A stretch of 64,000 bases of DNA, from assembly GCA_036494495.1 (NCBI GenBank), contig DASXOF010000133.1, positions 3,315 to 67,314 on the forward strand. The letters are read 5' to 3'. Within the stretch, counting starts at the first letter, position 1, and every line of letters begins with the position of its first letter. This document shows, in pieces, positions 35,396 through 43,927 of the stretch. The DNA is from Solirubrobacterales bacterium. Lineage in GTDB: Bacteria; Actinomycetota; Thermoleophilia; Solirubrobacterales; 70-9. The notes under the pieces were generated by a model. That model had not been told where the DNA came from. It was given only the letters and a program-made list of their open reading frames with translations, and ran no database searches. A program made the position numbers and the translations under genes.

Positions 35396-36136
35396 ATGGC
35401 TGCCGGGCACGCGCCGGAGCTCGAAGGGCAGACCGTCGTCGTGATCGGCGGCAGCGCCGGGATCGGGCTGGAGACGGCGCGGCGGGCGCGGGCGGAGGGG
35501 GCCGAGGTGGTGATCGCGGGGCGTAATCCCGAGCGGCTGGCGCGGGCGGCCGCGGAGGTCGGCGCTCGCCAGACCGCCGCCTTCGACGCGGGCGACCTGG
35601 AGGCGATGGAGGAGTTCTTCGCCGGGCTCGAGGCGCTCGACCAGGTGATGGTGACGGCGGGCGGTCCCTACTACGCGCCGCTGGCCGAGATGGACTTCGA
35701 CAAGGCGGCGCAGGGGCTGGCCGACCACCCGCTGCTGATGCTCGGCGTCGCCCGCTTCGCCGGCCCGAAGGTGCGACCCGGCGGCGGCTTCGTCTTCATG
35801 GGCGGCACCGGCGGCCGTGACCCGAGCGCCGGGGCCGGGATCGTCGGCGCCGGGACCGCGGCGTTGCCGGCGCTGACCAGGAGCCTCGCGGTCGAGATCG
35901 CGCCGGTGCGGGTCAACCTGATCGCCGCCGGCTTCGTCGACACCCCGCTATCGGCCTCGCTGCTCGGCGATGGATTGGAGGCCCGCCGCGAGGAACTGCG
36001 ACGGCGGCTGCCGATCGGGCGGGTCGTCGGCCCCGAGGACGTCGCCGCCCTCGCCGTCCACATCATGTCCAACACGGCGCTCACCGGCGCCACCTTCGAC
36101 ATCGACGGCGGCCAGCAGCTGGTCGCCCACGCCTAG
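35396..36136 (+). CDS. SDR family oxidoreductase
   Basis: The N-terminal dinucleotide motif is VVVIGGSAGIGLETA, and the 246-aa product has the SDR layout. Confidence 0.8.
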   Translation: MAAGHAPELEGQTVVVIGGSAGIGLETARRARAEGAEVVIAGRNPERLARAAAEVGARQTAAFDAGDLEAMEEFFAGLEALDQVMVTAGGPYYAPLAEMDFDKAAQGLADHPLLMLGVARFAGPKVRPGGGFVFMGGTGGRDPSAGAGIVGAGTAALPALTRSLAVEIAPVRVNLIAAGFVDTPLSASLLGDGLEARREELRRRLPIGRVVGPEDVAALAVHIMSNTALTGATFDIDGGQQLVAHA

Positions 36137-36372
36137 CGCCGGGGGCGGCGCCGTCGCGCCCGCGGGCTCCGCCGGCAGACCGCGAGTCCGACGAATTCGA
36201 TCGCGACCCAGGCGAGCAGGAGGATCGCGACGAGCGCTCCGGCGAAGCCGAGGATCCCGACGCCGGCGCTGATCAGCATCGCGACCACCGTCAGGGCCAG
36301 CGCCGCCAGGCCGTCGAAGAGCAGCGCCCGGCGGGCCCGGGCAGCCGGGGCGACGTCTCGCGGCAGCCTCAC
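36133..36372 (-). CDS. small two-TM membrane protein
   Basis: GTG 36372 overlaps the upstream stop (GTGA). The product carries ...LAALALTVVAMLISAGVGILGFAGALVAILLLAWVAIEFVGLAV.... Confidence 0.4.
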   Translation of the reverse strand: MRLPRDVAPAARARRALLFDGLAALALTVVAMLISAGVGILGFAGALVAILLLAWVAIEFVGLAVCRRSPRARRRRPRR

Positions 36373-37508
36373 CAGCCCTGCCCCGCCCGCAGGTAGACGG
36401 CGAAGAAGTCGCGTTCGTCGGGCACCAGATACCGTTCCGGCGAGCGGAACATTTCCGGCAGCAGGTTGCTCGGCTCGCGGCCGCCCGGGTGGCGATAGGT
36501 GATGAAGCTGGTCCAGTCTTCGTTGATGTCGAGCTCGAGGGCGCGGACGGCGCCGGCCGCCTTCAGCACCTTGGCGAGCGATTCGACCGTCTGGTAGTTG
36601 GCGGCGGCGTAGAGCAGGTTGCCGCGGGCGTCGACGCCGAGGCCCGAGCGCCACACCCTGGTCGCGTTGTTCACCGTTTCGCCCCATTCCGGGCCGTCGG
36701 AGAGGTTCGGGTTGAGCTTGCCTTCGTAGATGATCGGCGGCAGGTTCTGCTTCGCGAACCAGATCCCGGCGGGCACCTGGTTCCCCTGGTGCCAGCGGAC
36801 GATGCCGATCCGCCCGTCGCGGTAGCCGACGATCGTCGCGACCCCGTCCACCATCGCTTCGACCACCTTGCCGCGGTAGATCAGGCCGGCGTTCGAGGTT
36901 TCAAGCGGGAAGCCGCCGTTGAAGGTGGCGACGAGGCCGGCGCGCAGCCCGGCCGGCACTTCGCCGGAGCCGCGGTGTGCGAGCGGTTCCGGCGGCTCGG
37001 CCGTGCCGGGGGTGTATTCGAGCCGCGTCCGGCTGCCGTCGATCCAGGCGACGCCGGCCACGAACTGGGGGTATTCGGGGTCGCTGCGGAAGCTCGTCAG
37101 CAGGACCGGCGGGCGCTTGCCGGCGTGGGCGCCGGCCGGCTTCCAGACCCCCTCGCCCGGCAGCGCCGGGCGGATCGGCGGCACCACCCGCGGCGGCCGG
37201 TAGAGGCGCGCGCGCCCGGCTTCTTCGCCGCCTTCGCCGCCGGCGACCCCGACCTGCGGCAGCGAGGTCAGCGCCGGTCCGCCCTTTTCCGGCGCGTTCA
37301 GCTGGTAGTACCAGTTCTCGATTTCGGAGACGACCGAGTTGCCGCCGTGCGAGCGCAGCCACTCGACGCTCGAGACCCCGAGCCCGACCTCGTGGTGTTC
37401 GGCCATCGCCGGGATGTAGGAGGTGGCGGCGACGGCGACGCAGGCAAGCGCGCTCAGCAGGACGATCCGCCGCGCGCGGCGCCAGGGGGGAAGCGGGCGA
37501 GTGGACAT
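36369..37508 (-). CDS. phosphodiester glycosidase family (DUF2233/NAGPA-like) secreted protein
   Basis: The product has an N-terminal anchor, and its C-terminal domain carries GFPLETSNAGLIYRGKVV...RSGLGVDARGNLLYAAA...ALELDIN. Confidence 0.65.
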   Translation of the reverse strand: MSTRPLPPWRRARRIVLLSALACVAVAATSYIPAMAEHHEVGLGVSSVEWLRSHGGNSVVSEIENWYYQLNAPEKGGPALTSLPQVGVAGGEGGEEAGRARLYRPPRVVPPIRPALPGEGVWKPAGAHAGKRPPVLLTSFRSDPEYPQFVAGVAWIDGSRTRLEYTPGTAEPPEPLAHRGSGEVPAGLRAGLVATFNGGFPLETSNAGLIYRGKVVEAMVDGVATIVGYRDGRIGIVRWHQGNQVPAGIWFAKQNLPPIIYEGKLNPNLSDGPEWGETVNNATRVWRSGLGVDARGNLLYAAANYQTVESLAKVLKAAGAVRALELDINEDWTSFITYRHPGGREPSNLLPEMFRSPERYLVPDERDFFAVYLRAGQGW

Positions 37509-37557
37509 TCGCCCGTCCGAGTCTGCGACCGCTGCATGTGTCGCTCCTTAGCCGGGA

Positions 37558-37585
37558 GTGAGAGAGCTCTCATCTTCGCTCTCAT
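37558..37585 (+). promoter_or_regulatory. candidate operator: 16-nt motif GTGAGAGAGCTCTCAT plus direct repeat GCTCTCAT-N4-GCTCTCAT
   Basis: The motif occupies 37558-37573 and ends 45 nt before the response-regulator ATG. The repeat GCTCTCAT occurs at 37566 and 37578, a 12-nt phase. A near-identical 16-mer recurs at 39411-39426. Confidence 0.45.
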
Positions 37586-37617
37586 TTCGGCTTAACGCCG
37601 GAGCCTACGATCGAGGC

Positions 37618-38292
37618 ATGAAGATCGCCGTCGTCGAGGACGAGGTCGCGATCGCCGACTTCCTCGAGCGCGGCCTCAACGCCGAGGGATACGAGGTGCG
37701 GGTGGCGGCCGACGGGCTAACCGGCGAGCGCGCGGCGCTCGACCCCGATGTCGACCTCCTCGTCCTCGACCGGATGCTCCCCGGCGCCGACGGCGACGCG
37801 GTGCTCGCCAGCGTGCGCGCCGCCCGGCCGGGGCTGCCGGTGATCATGCTGACCGCGCGGAGCGAGGTCGCCGACCGGGTCGAGGGGCTCGATCGCGGCG
37901 CGACCGACTACCTGACCAAGCCCTTCGCCTTCGACGAGCTGCTGGCACGGATCCGCGCCCGCCTGCGGGAGCAGGCCGGCGCCTCGGAGACGGTGCTCGC
38001 GGTCGGCGACCTGCGCCTCAACCTGCTGACCCGCGAGGCGAACCGGGGCAGCCTCTCGATCCGCCTTCCCGAGCGCGAGGCCGGGCTGCTCGCCCACCTG
38101 ATGCGGAACGCCGGCCGCGTCTGCACCAGGAAGGAGATCCTCGCCTCGGCCTGGGGCTATGACCACGACCCGGGGACCAACGTCGTCCAGGTCTACGCCG
38201 GCTACCTGCGGCGCAAGCTCGGCCTGCCGGGGGCGCCGCTGCCGCTGGAGACGGTCCGCGGCGTCGGCTACCGGCTGCGGGCCGAGGGATGA
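37618..38292 (+). CDS. OmpR/PhoB-family response regulator
   Basis: The receiver domain carries LLVLDRMLPGADG and TKPF. The winged-helix C-terminus carries VRGVGYRL. Confidence 0.9.
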   Translation: MKIAVVEDEVAIADFLERGLNAEGYEVRVAADGLTGERAALDPDVDLLVLDRMLPGADGDAVLASVRAARPGLPVIMLTARSEVADRVEGLDRGATDYLTKPFAFDELLARIRARLREQAGASETVLAVGDLRLNLLTREANRGSLSIRLPEREAGLLAHLMRNAGRVCTRKEILASAWGYDHDPGTNVVQVYAGYLRRKLGLPGAPLPLETVRGVGYRLRAEG

Positions 38293-39437
38293 GGCGCGCC
38301 TGGGCCCGGCTCGGACTGCGGGGACGGCTGGCGATCTCGATCGGGGCGATCGTCGTCCTCGCCTTCGCGCTCGTCTTCGCCGCCGTCCGGATCCAGATGT
38401 CGCGCGAGTCCGCGGTGATCCAGCGCGAGGAGGGGCGCGAGGCCAGCGCGCCGGGCGCCGGCGGCCAGGAGCGGGGCGACAGCCTGGCGGCCTCGCCGAT
38501 CGAGGACGCCCACTCCGACGTCGAAAAGACCTTCTTCCTGGTCGGCGGGATCAGCCTCGCAGCGGCGCTCCTGGCCGGCTACCTGCTCGCCACCCGCACC
38601 GCCTCCCCGCTGCGCCGCTTCGCGGCGACGGCCGCCGCGGTCGATGCCGGCGACCTGACGCCGCGGCTCCGATCCGACCCCGCCTCGGCAACCGAGCTGC
38701 GCGCCCTGGCGGAGGCCTTCAACCACATGCTCGATCGCCTCGACGCCGCCTTCTCCCGGCAGCGCCGCTTCGTCTCCGACGCCTCGCACGAGCTGCGCAG
38801 CCCGCTGACCGCGGTCCGCGGCCAGCTCGAAGTGCTGGCCCGCAGCGACCGCCCCGGCGTCGCCGAGGTGCGCCGGGTCGAGGGGCTGGCGATCGCCGAG
38901 CTGGCCCGGGTCGAACGGCTGGTCGAGGAGCTGCTGGCGCTGGCGAGCCTCGACGAGGGGCAGGGACCGATGCTGAGCCCGGTCGCGGCGCGGCCCTTCC
39001 TCGAGCGGCTCGCCGCCACGGCTCCGGGCGGTGCCGAGACCGGCGAGCTGGCGGCGGGGACGCTCGAAGCCGACCCCGATCTCCTCGCCCGCGTCCTCCG
39101 CAACCTGCTGGAGAACGCCCGCCGCCACGCCGGCGCCGACGGGCGGGTCCGGGTCTCCTCGCACGCGACCGGCGGCGACCTCCTGATCGCGGTCGACGAC
39201 GACGGCCCGGGAATCGCCGCGGAGGAGCGCGAGCGGGTCTTCGACCGCTTTCACCGCAGCGACGCCGCCCGCGACCGGGCCAGCGGCGGCAGCGGCCTCG
39301 GGCTGGCGATCTCGCGCGAGATCGCGGTCGCCCACGGCGGCCGCATCTGGGTCGAGGGGTCCGCCCTGGGAGGCGCCCGATTGTGCCTGCAATTGCCGCG
39401 GTTCTCGAGCGTGAGAGATCTCTCACTGAAACCTTAG
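38289..39437 (+). CDS. sensor histidine kinase (HAMP-HisKA-HATPase)
   Basis: The H-box is SHELRSPLT, the N-box is NLLENARRH, and DDDGPGI and GGSGLGLAI are present. It has a 4-nt overlap with the regulator gene. Confidence 0.9.
   Translation: MRRAWARLGLRGRLAISIGAIVVLAFALVFAAVRIQMSRESAVIQREEGREASAPGAGGQERGDSLAASPIEDAHSDVEKTFFLVGGISLAAALLAGYLLATRTASPLRRFAATAAAVDAGDLTPRLRSDPASATELRALAEAFNHMLDRLDAAFSRQRRFVSDASHELRSPLTAVRGQLEVLARSDRPGVAEVRRVEGLAIAELARVERLVEELLALASLDEGQGPMLSPVAARPFLERLAATAPGGAETGELAAGTLEADPDLLARVLRNLLENARRHAGADGRVRVSSHATGGDLLIAVDDDGPGIAAEERERVFDRFHRSDAARDRASGGSGLGLAISREIAVAHGGRIWVEGSALGGARLCLQLPRFSSVRDLSLKP
39411..39426 (+). promoter_or_regulatory. perfect 16-bp palindrome GTGAGAGATCTCTCAC, second copy of the TCS-associated motif
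   Basis: The palindrome lies in the last codons of the kinase gene and ends 47 nt before ATG 39473. It matches 14 of 16 positions of the motif at 37558-37573. Confidence 0.45.
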
Positions 39438-39472
39438 GAGCCACCCATCTGCGGCGGTGAGCATTCGCCGCC

Positions 39473-40099
39473 ATGTACGGGCCAGAGGCAGTCCCGCTCC
39501 GCGACCGCACCTCCACCCAGAGGGCGGGCTGGCTGCGGGGAGGGGTGAGCGGCAACGCGCGGCTGACGGGCAGCGTCGCCGCGGCGCTGCTGATCCTCCT
39601 GGCCGCCGAGGGGCTGACCATCCCCCTGATCGGCCGGCTGCTCGGCCCGCACATCTTCATCGGCCTGCTGCTGGTCCCGCCGGTGGCGCTGAAGCTGGGC
39701 AGCACCGGCTACCGCTTCGTCCGCTATTACAGCGGCGACCAGCCGTACGTCGGCAAGGGACCGCCGGCGCTCCCCCTGCGCCTGCTCGCCCCCGGCGTCG
39801 TCCTCACCACCCTCGCCCTGTTCGGCACCGGGGTGGCGCTCGCGCTCGCCTCGCCGCCGAGCAGCACGCTCGTCTTCGCCCACAAGCTCAGCTTCATCGC
39901 CTGGATCGCGTTCATGACCATCCACGTGCTCGGGCACCTGCTCGAGGTCCCGCCGGTGATCGGCGTCGACTGGCTGCCGCGGCGGGGCGGCGTCGAGGCG
40001 GCCGGGAGAGGGCAGCGGACGACCCTGCTCGTGATCTCGATCCTGGCCGGCATCGGGCTCGGGCTGATCGGTCTCTCGGTGGCGGCCTCATGGCTCTGA
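39473..40099 (+). CDS. integral membrane protein with conserved-His helices (possible b-type heme binding)
   Basis: The 208-aa product has about 5 TM segments. Histidines sit within the helices (GPHIFIGLLL and FAHKLSFIAWIAFMTIHVLGHLLE). Confidence 0.55.
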   Translation: MYGPEAVPLRDRTSTQRAGWLRGGVSGNARLTGSVAAALLILLAAEGLTIPLIGRLLGPHIFIGLLLVPPVALKLGSTGYRFVRYYSGDQPYVGKGPPALPLRLLAPGVVLTTLALFGTGVALALASPPSSTLVFAHKLSFIAWIAFMTIHVLGHLLEVPPVIGVDWLPRRGGVEAAGRGQRTTLLVISILAGIGLGLIGLSVAASWL

Positions 40100-40114
40100 G
40101 CGGGCGCTGACGAC

Positions 40115-40543
40115 ATGGACGACTTCGAAAGGCAAGAGCGGATCCGCGCGGCGAACCGGCGCCGGGTCGCCCAGCGCAACCGGGCCGGGCGGCTGCGCGG
40201 CCGGGTGATCGCCGCCTCGCTGATCTGCTTCGCCCTGCTCTGGGGCGTCGTCTTCGTGCAGATGGCAACCGGCAACGACCCGGTGCTGAGCGAAAAGCCG
40301 GCCGCCGCCGGCCGCAGGACGAAGCCGGGCCGCGCCGCCGCCCGGCCCGCGCAGGGGCAAGCGGCGGAAGGCGAAGTCGAGGCGGAGCCCGAAAGCGGTC
40401 TCGAAATCGAACCGCAAGCCGAAGTCGCCCCGGAACCGGAACCGGAATTCGAACCCGAACCCGAACCCATCCCGGAAGCGGAAGCCGAAGCGGTCCCGGA
40501 ACCCGAAGCCGAACTCGAACCGCTGACCACGAGCCAGTCATGA
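40115..40543 (+). CDS. membrane-anchored protein with acidic Pro/Glu repeat tail
   Basis: A basic N-terminus and one TM segment (VIAASLICFALLWGVVFV) are followed by EPEPEFEPEPEPIPEAEAEAVPEPEAELEP. Confidence 0.5.
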   Translation: MDDFERQERIRAANRRRVAQRNRAGRLRGRVIAASLICFALLWGVVFVQMATGNDPVLSEKPAAAGRRTKPGRAAARPAQGQAAEGEVEAEPESGLEIEPQAEVAPEPEPEFEPEPEPIPEAEAEAVPEPEAELEPLTTSQS

Positions 40544-41469
40544 GCGAGTCGCGGATCGAGTTCGAGTGCTTCGGCGGCTGCGTCGAGGTCCGCGCCGGCG
40601 GCGGTGCCGGCGCGCCGGCGGCGCTCGAACGTGCCCGGGCCCGGCTGCTCGACGCCCACCGCCGCCTCTCCCGCTTCGACCCCGGCAGCGAGCTCTCCCG
40701 CCTCAACCGCGACCAGCGCTGCGAGGTCCCGGCCTCACCGCTGCTCCGGCAGCTGGCGGTGGCGATAGCCGAGGCGGGCGAGCGCAGCGGCGGCCTGGTC
40801 GACGGCACCCTGCTGCGTGAGATCGAGCGCGCCGGCTACGCCGACTCGCTGCCGCAGGGCCGGCGGCCGACGCCTCCTCCTGCCGTGGCGCCGAGCGGTC
40901 CCGCCGGGCCGCGCGACCGCGCCGACTGGGCGGCCCTCCGAGTCGACCAGCGGGCCGGCACGGTGATCCGCCCGCCGGGGGTGCAGATCGACGGCGGCGG
41001 CCTCGCCAAGGGCATGCTCGCCGACCTCCTCGGCGCCGACCTGGCCGGCTTCGGATCCTTCGCCGTCGACTGCTGCGGCGACCTCCGGCTCGGCGGCAGG
41101 GCCGGTGCCGAGCGGCGGGTCATGGTCGACGATCCCGGCGGCGGCCCACCGGTCGGGGAGCTGCGGCTGCGCGCCGGCGGGGTAGCGACCAGCGGCATCA
41201 GCCGCCGATCCTGGCGCCGGGCCGGCGGGCGGCCCGGGCACCAGATCATCGACCCGCGAAGCGGGGAGCCCGCCTTCACCGGGGTCCTGCAGGCGACCGC
41301 GGTAGCCCCCACGGCCCTGCTGGCCGAGGTCTACGCCAAGGCAGCCCTGCTCGCCGGGCCCGAGGAGGCGCCGGCGTGGCTCCCCTTCGGCGGCGTCCTC
41401 GTGCTCGCCGGCGGCACCGTCGAGACGGTCCCGGCCAGCACCGAGCTGCCGCAGCCGGTGCCGGCGTGA
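40540..41469 (+). CDS. apbE: FAD:protein FMN transferase (ApbE family)
   Basis: Motifs present are SRFDPGSELSRLN, ATSG and HQIIDPRSGEP. It has a 4-nt overlap with the upstream gene. Confidence 0.8.
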   Translation: MSESRIEFECFGGCVEVRAGGGAGAPAALERARARLLDAHRRLSRFDPGSELSRLNRDQRCEVPASPLLRQLAVAIAEAGERSGGLVDGTLLREIERAGYADSLPQGRRPTPPPAVAPSGPAGPRDRADWAALRVDQRAGTVIRPPGVQIDGGGLAKGMLADLLGADLAGFGSFAVDCCGDLRLGGRAGAERRVMVDDPGGGPPVGELRLRAGGVATSGISRRSWRRAGGRPGHQIIDPRSGEPAFTGVLQATAVAPTALLAEVYAKAALLAGPEEAPAWLPFGGVLVLAGGTVETVPASTELPQPVPA

Positions 41470-42086
41470 ACGTCGGGCCCCACCTCTTCTGGATCACCAG
41501 CCGGGCCGCCGGCGGAGCCGCGCTGCTCCTCGCCAGCGCCAGCGTCACGGTCGGCCTGATGATCAGCGCCCGCAGCAAGGGGTCGAACAAGCGCGACTTC
41601 CGCTCGATCCACGAGGCGCTCTCGCTGAGCGCGCTGGCGATGGTCGCCGTCCACGGGGTCTCGCTGCTCGGCGACGCCTACCTCGATCCCGGCCTGAGCG
41701 GGATCGCGATCCCCCTGGCCGGCTTCTACCGGCCGATCTGGACCGCGCTCGGAATCGTCTCCGGCTACGGCCTCGCGGCGCTCGGGCTCACCTACTACCT
41801 GCGCGACCGGATCGGCGCCGCCCGCTGGCGCCGCCTCCACCGGCTGACCGCGGTCTTCTGGATCGCCGCGATCGCCCACACGATCGGCGCCGGCAGCGAC
41901 GCCGCCGAGCCCTGGTTCCTGGCGATCTCGGCGGCGCTGGTCGTGCCGGCGGCGCTGCTGCTGGCGCTGCGCTGGCTCGGACGCCGGTGGGACGCCCCGG
42001 AGCCGAGTGTCGCCGACAGCCGCGCTCACGCCCGGACCGCCACCTCGTGGTCCGCATCGACCTCGGCCAGGAACGGGGTCAGGTAG
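41466..42086 (+). CDS. ferric-reductase-like transmembrane domain protein (MsrQ/YedZ-like)
   Basis: GTG 41466 overlaps the apbE stop (GTGA). The product has six TM segments with helix histidines (IHEALSLSALAMVAVHG and IAAIAHTIG). Confidence 0.65.
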   Translation: MNVGPHLFWITSRAAGGAALLLASASVTVGLMISARSKGSNKRDFRSIHEALSLSALAMVAVHGVSLLGDAYLDPGLSGIAIPLAGFYRPIWTALGIVSGYGLAALGLTYYLRDRIGAARWRRLHRLTAVFWIAAIAHTIGAGSDAAEPWFLAISAALVVPAALLLALRWLGRRWDAPEPSVADSRAHARTATSWSASTSARNGVR

Positions 42087-43165
42087 CGGGCGACGATCTT
42101 CGCCGTGCCCTCGTCCCAGGGCGGGCGCTCGGTGGCGGTCGAGGTTTCGCCGTGACCGCCGGCGAGCCAGCCCTGCAGGTAGAGCGGCGCATAGCCGGTC
42201 CAGAGCACGCCCCGCAGAACCGGGTCGAAGGCCTTCGGCACGACCGCCGCGCCGAGCTCGGCGGCGATCGATTCGGCGGCGACGTCGGCCTGCTGGGCGG
42301 CGATGCCGCCCTGCTTCACCGGGAAGCTGGTGACGTCGCCGGCGGCGTAGATCCGCTCCTCCTCGAGGACCCGGCAGTGCTCGTCGACCCGGGCGAAGCA
42401 GTCGGGGTCGTGGCGCACGCCGCGCACCGCCCGGCCCTGGAGACGGGGCACGCTGATCACCTCGTCGAAGCGAAGCGCCTCGCCGGGCACGGTCTGCAGG
42501 CGGCCGTCCTCGAAGCGGACCGGGTGCGTGCCGGTCACCACCTCGATCCCGCGCTCCGCCAGCAGCGCGGCGACGCCTTCGCTGGCGCCGCGGCCGAAGA
42601 GCTCGAGCGGCCGGTCCTCGGGAGTGACGATCGTCAGCTCGACCCCCTCGCCGCCCTCGCTCGCGATCTGCGCCTCAGCCAGCAGCGCCAACTCGTACAT
42701 CGGCAGCGCCCAGCCTTCGGCGCCGGGCATCGTGAAGCCGATCCGCCGCGCCTCGCCGGCGCGGATCCGCTCCATCACCGCCTCGACCTCGCCGCTGTCG
42801 ACGATCCCCCAGAACGTGGTGGCGCCGGGGACGGGCCACTGCCGCGATGCACCGGCGGTGAGGACGAGGTAGTCGTAGGAGACCGAGACGCCGTCGTGGG
42901 TGGTGGCGAGGCGCGCCCCGGTGTCGACCGAGGCGATGCTGCTGGCGTGGAACCCGGCCGCGCAGCGCTCGGCCAGCGATTCGAGGTCGTACCTTTTGAC
43001 CCGCGCCGTCCCAAAGGGCTCGCCGACGGCGTAGGGCCGGTAGACGAAGTCGCGGCGCGGCGAGTAGATCTCGACCGCGACCCGGTCGCCGGCGAGCTCG
43101 TGCAGCGCCAGCGCTGCCTCCATCGCGGCGACCCCGCCTCCGACGATCACGACTCTTGCCTTCAT
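42026..43165 (-). CDS. NAD(P)/FAD-dependent oxidoreductase (sulfide:quinone oxidoreductase/NDH-2-like)
   Basis: ATG 43165 is preceded by the SD GAGGAGG. The product begins MKARVVIVGGGVAAMEAA and contains IYAAGDV. Only the last 379 codons of track ORF 42026..43936 are used. Confidence 0.8.
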   Translation of the reverse strand: MKARVVIVGGGVAAMEAALALHELAGDRVAVEIYSPRRDFVYRPYAVGEPFGTARVKRYDLESLAERCAAGFHASSIASVDTGARLATTHDGVSVSYDYLVLTAGASRQWPVPGATTFWGIVDSGEVEAVMERIRAGEARRIGFTMPGAEGWALPMYELALLAEAQIASEGGEGVELTIVTPEDRPLELFGRGASEGVAALLAERGIEVVTGTHPVRFEDGRLQTVPGEALRFDEVISVPRLQGRAVRGVRHDPDCFARVDEHCRVLEEERIYAAGDVTSFPVKQGGIAAQQADVAAESIAAELGAAVVPKAFDPVLRGVLWTGYAPLYLQGWLAGGHGETSTATERPPWDEGTAKIVARYLTPFLAEVDADHEVAVRA

Positions 43166-43294
43166 CTCGGTGCCCTCCTCGCGGTTGCTGTGAGAGGCAA
43201 TGTCGCCGCGATCGGCGGCGGCGCCATCCGCCCACGCCCCCCGACCTGAGTGCGGGATAACCACGATGGGCTCGGGCGCGGGCCGGCCTAGCGT

Positions 43295-43927
43295 GTGCCC
43301 ATGTCGAGCTCCCTGGCACTGCTGGTCGCGGTCGCGGTGGTCTTCGCGGTCAACCTGCTGCCCGCCTTCGGGCCGCCCACCTGGGCGATCCTCGTCTTCT
43401 TCAGCATCCAGTCGGACGCGCCGGCGGTGCCCCTCGTCCTGCTCGGGGCGCTCGCCGCCGCGTCCGGGCGGCTGCTGCTCGCGAGCGGCACCCGCAGGCT
43501 GCGGCCGCGCCTCTCGGCCGCACGCCTCGAGCACATCGGTCACGTCCAGCAGATGGCGAGCGCCAACCGCGGCCGCAGCGCCGCCGGGCTCGCCCTCTTC
43601 GCCCTCTCCCCGGTTCCCTCGGGCCAGCTTTTCGTCGCCGCCGGCCTGATGACGGTGAGGCTGCTGCCGCTCACCCTCGCCTTCTTCGCCGGCCGCCTCG
43701 TCTCCTACTCGATCTACGTCGCCGCCGCCACGGTCGCCGCGGCGAGCCTCGGCGAGATCGTCACCGACGCCCTCACCTCGCCGCTCGGACTCGGCCTGCA
43801 GGTCGCGATGCTGATCGGCCTCGCCCTGCTGGCCGGCGGCTTCGGGCCGATCGGCGGCGACCACACCCACCGATGTGGGTCTCCCCGGGTGCGCGAGCGG
43901 CCCGGCCGCGATTTGATCGACCCATGA
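43295..43927 (+). CDS. membrane protein (DedA/YqaA-like, tentative)
   Basis: The product is multi-TM and carries NLLPAFGPPTWAILVFF. The start is GTG 43295 or ATG 43301. Confidence 0.5.
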   Translation: MPMSSSLALLVAVAVVFAVNLLPAFGPPTWAILVFFSIQSDAPAVPLVLLGALAAASGRLLLASGTRRLRPRLSAARLEHIGHVQQMASANRGRSAAGLALFALSPVPSGQLFVAAGLMTVRLLPLTLAFFAGRLVSYSIYVAAATVAAASLGEIVTDALTSPLGLGLQVAMLIGLALLAGGFGPIGGDHTHRCGSPRVRERPGRDLIDP

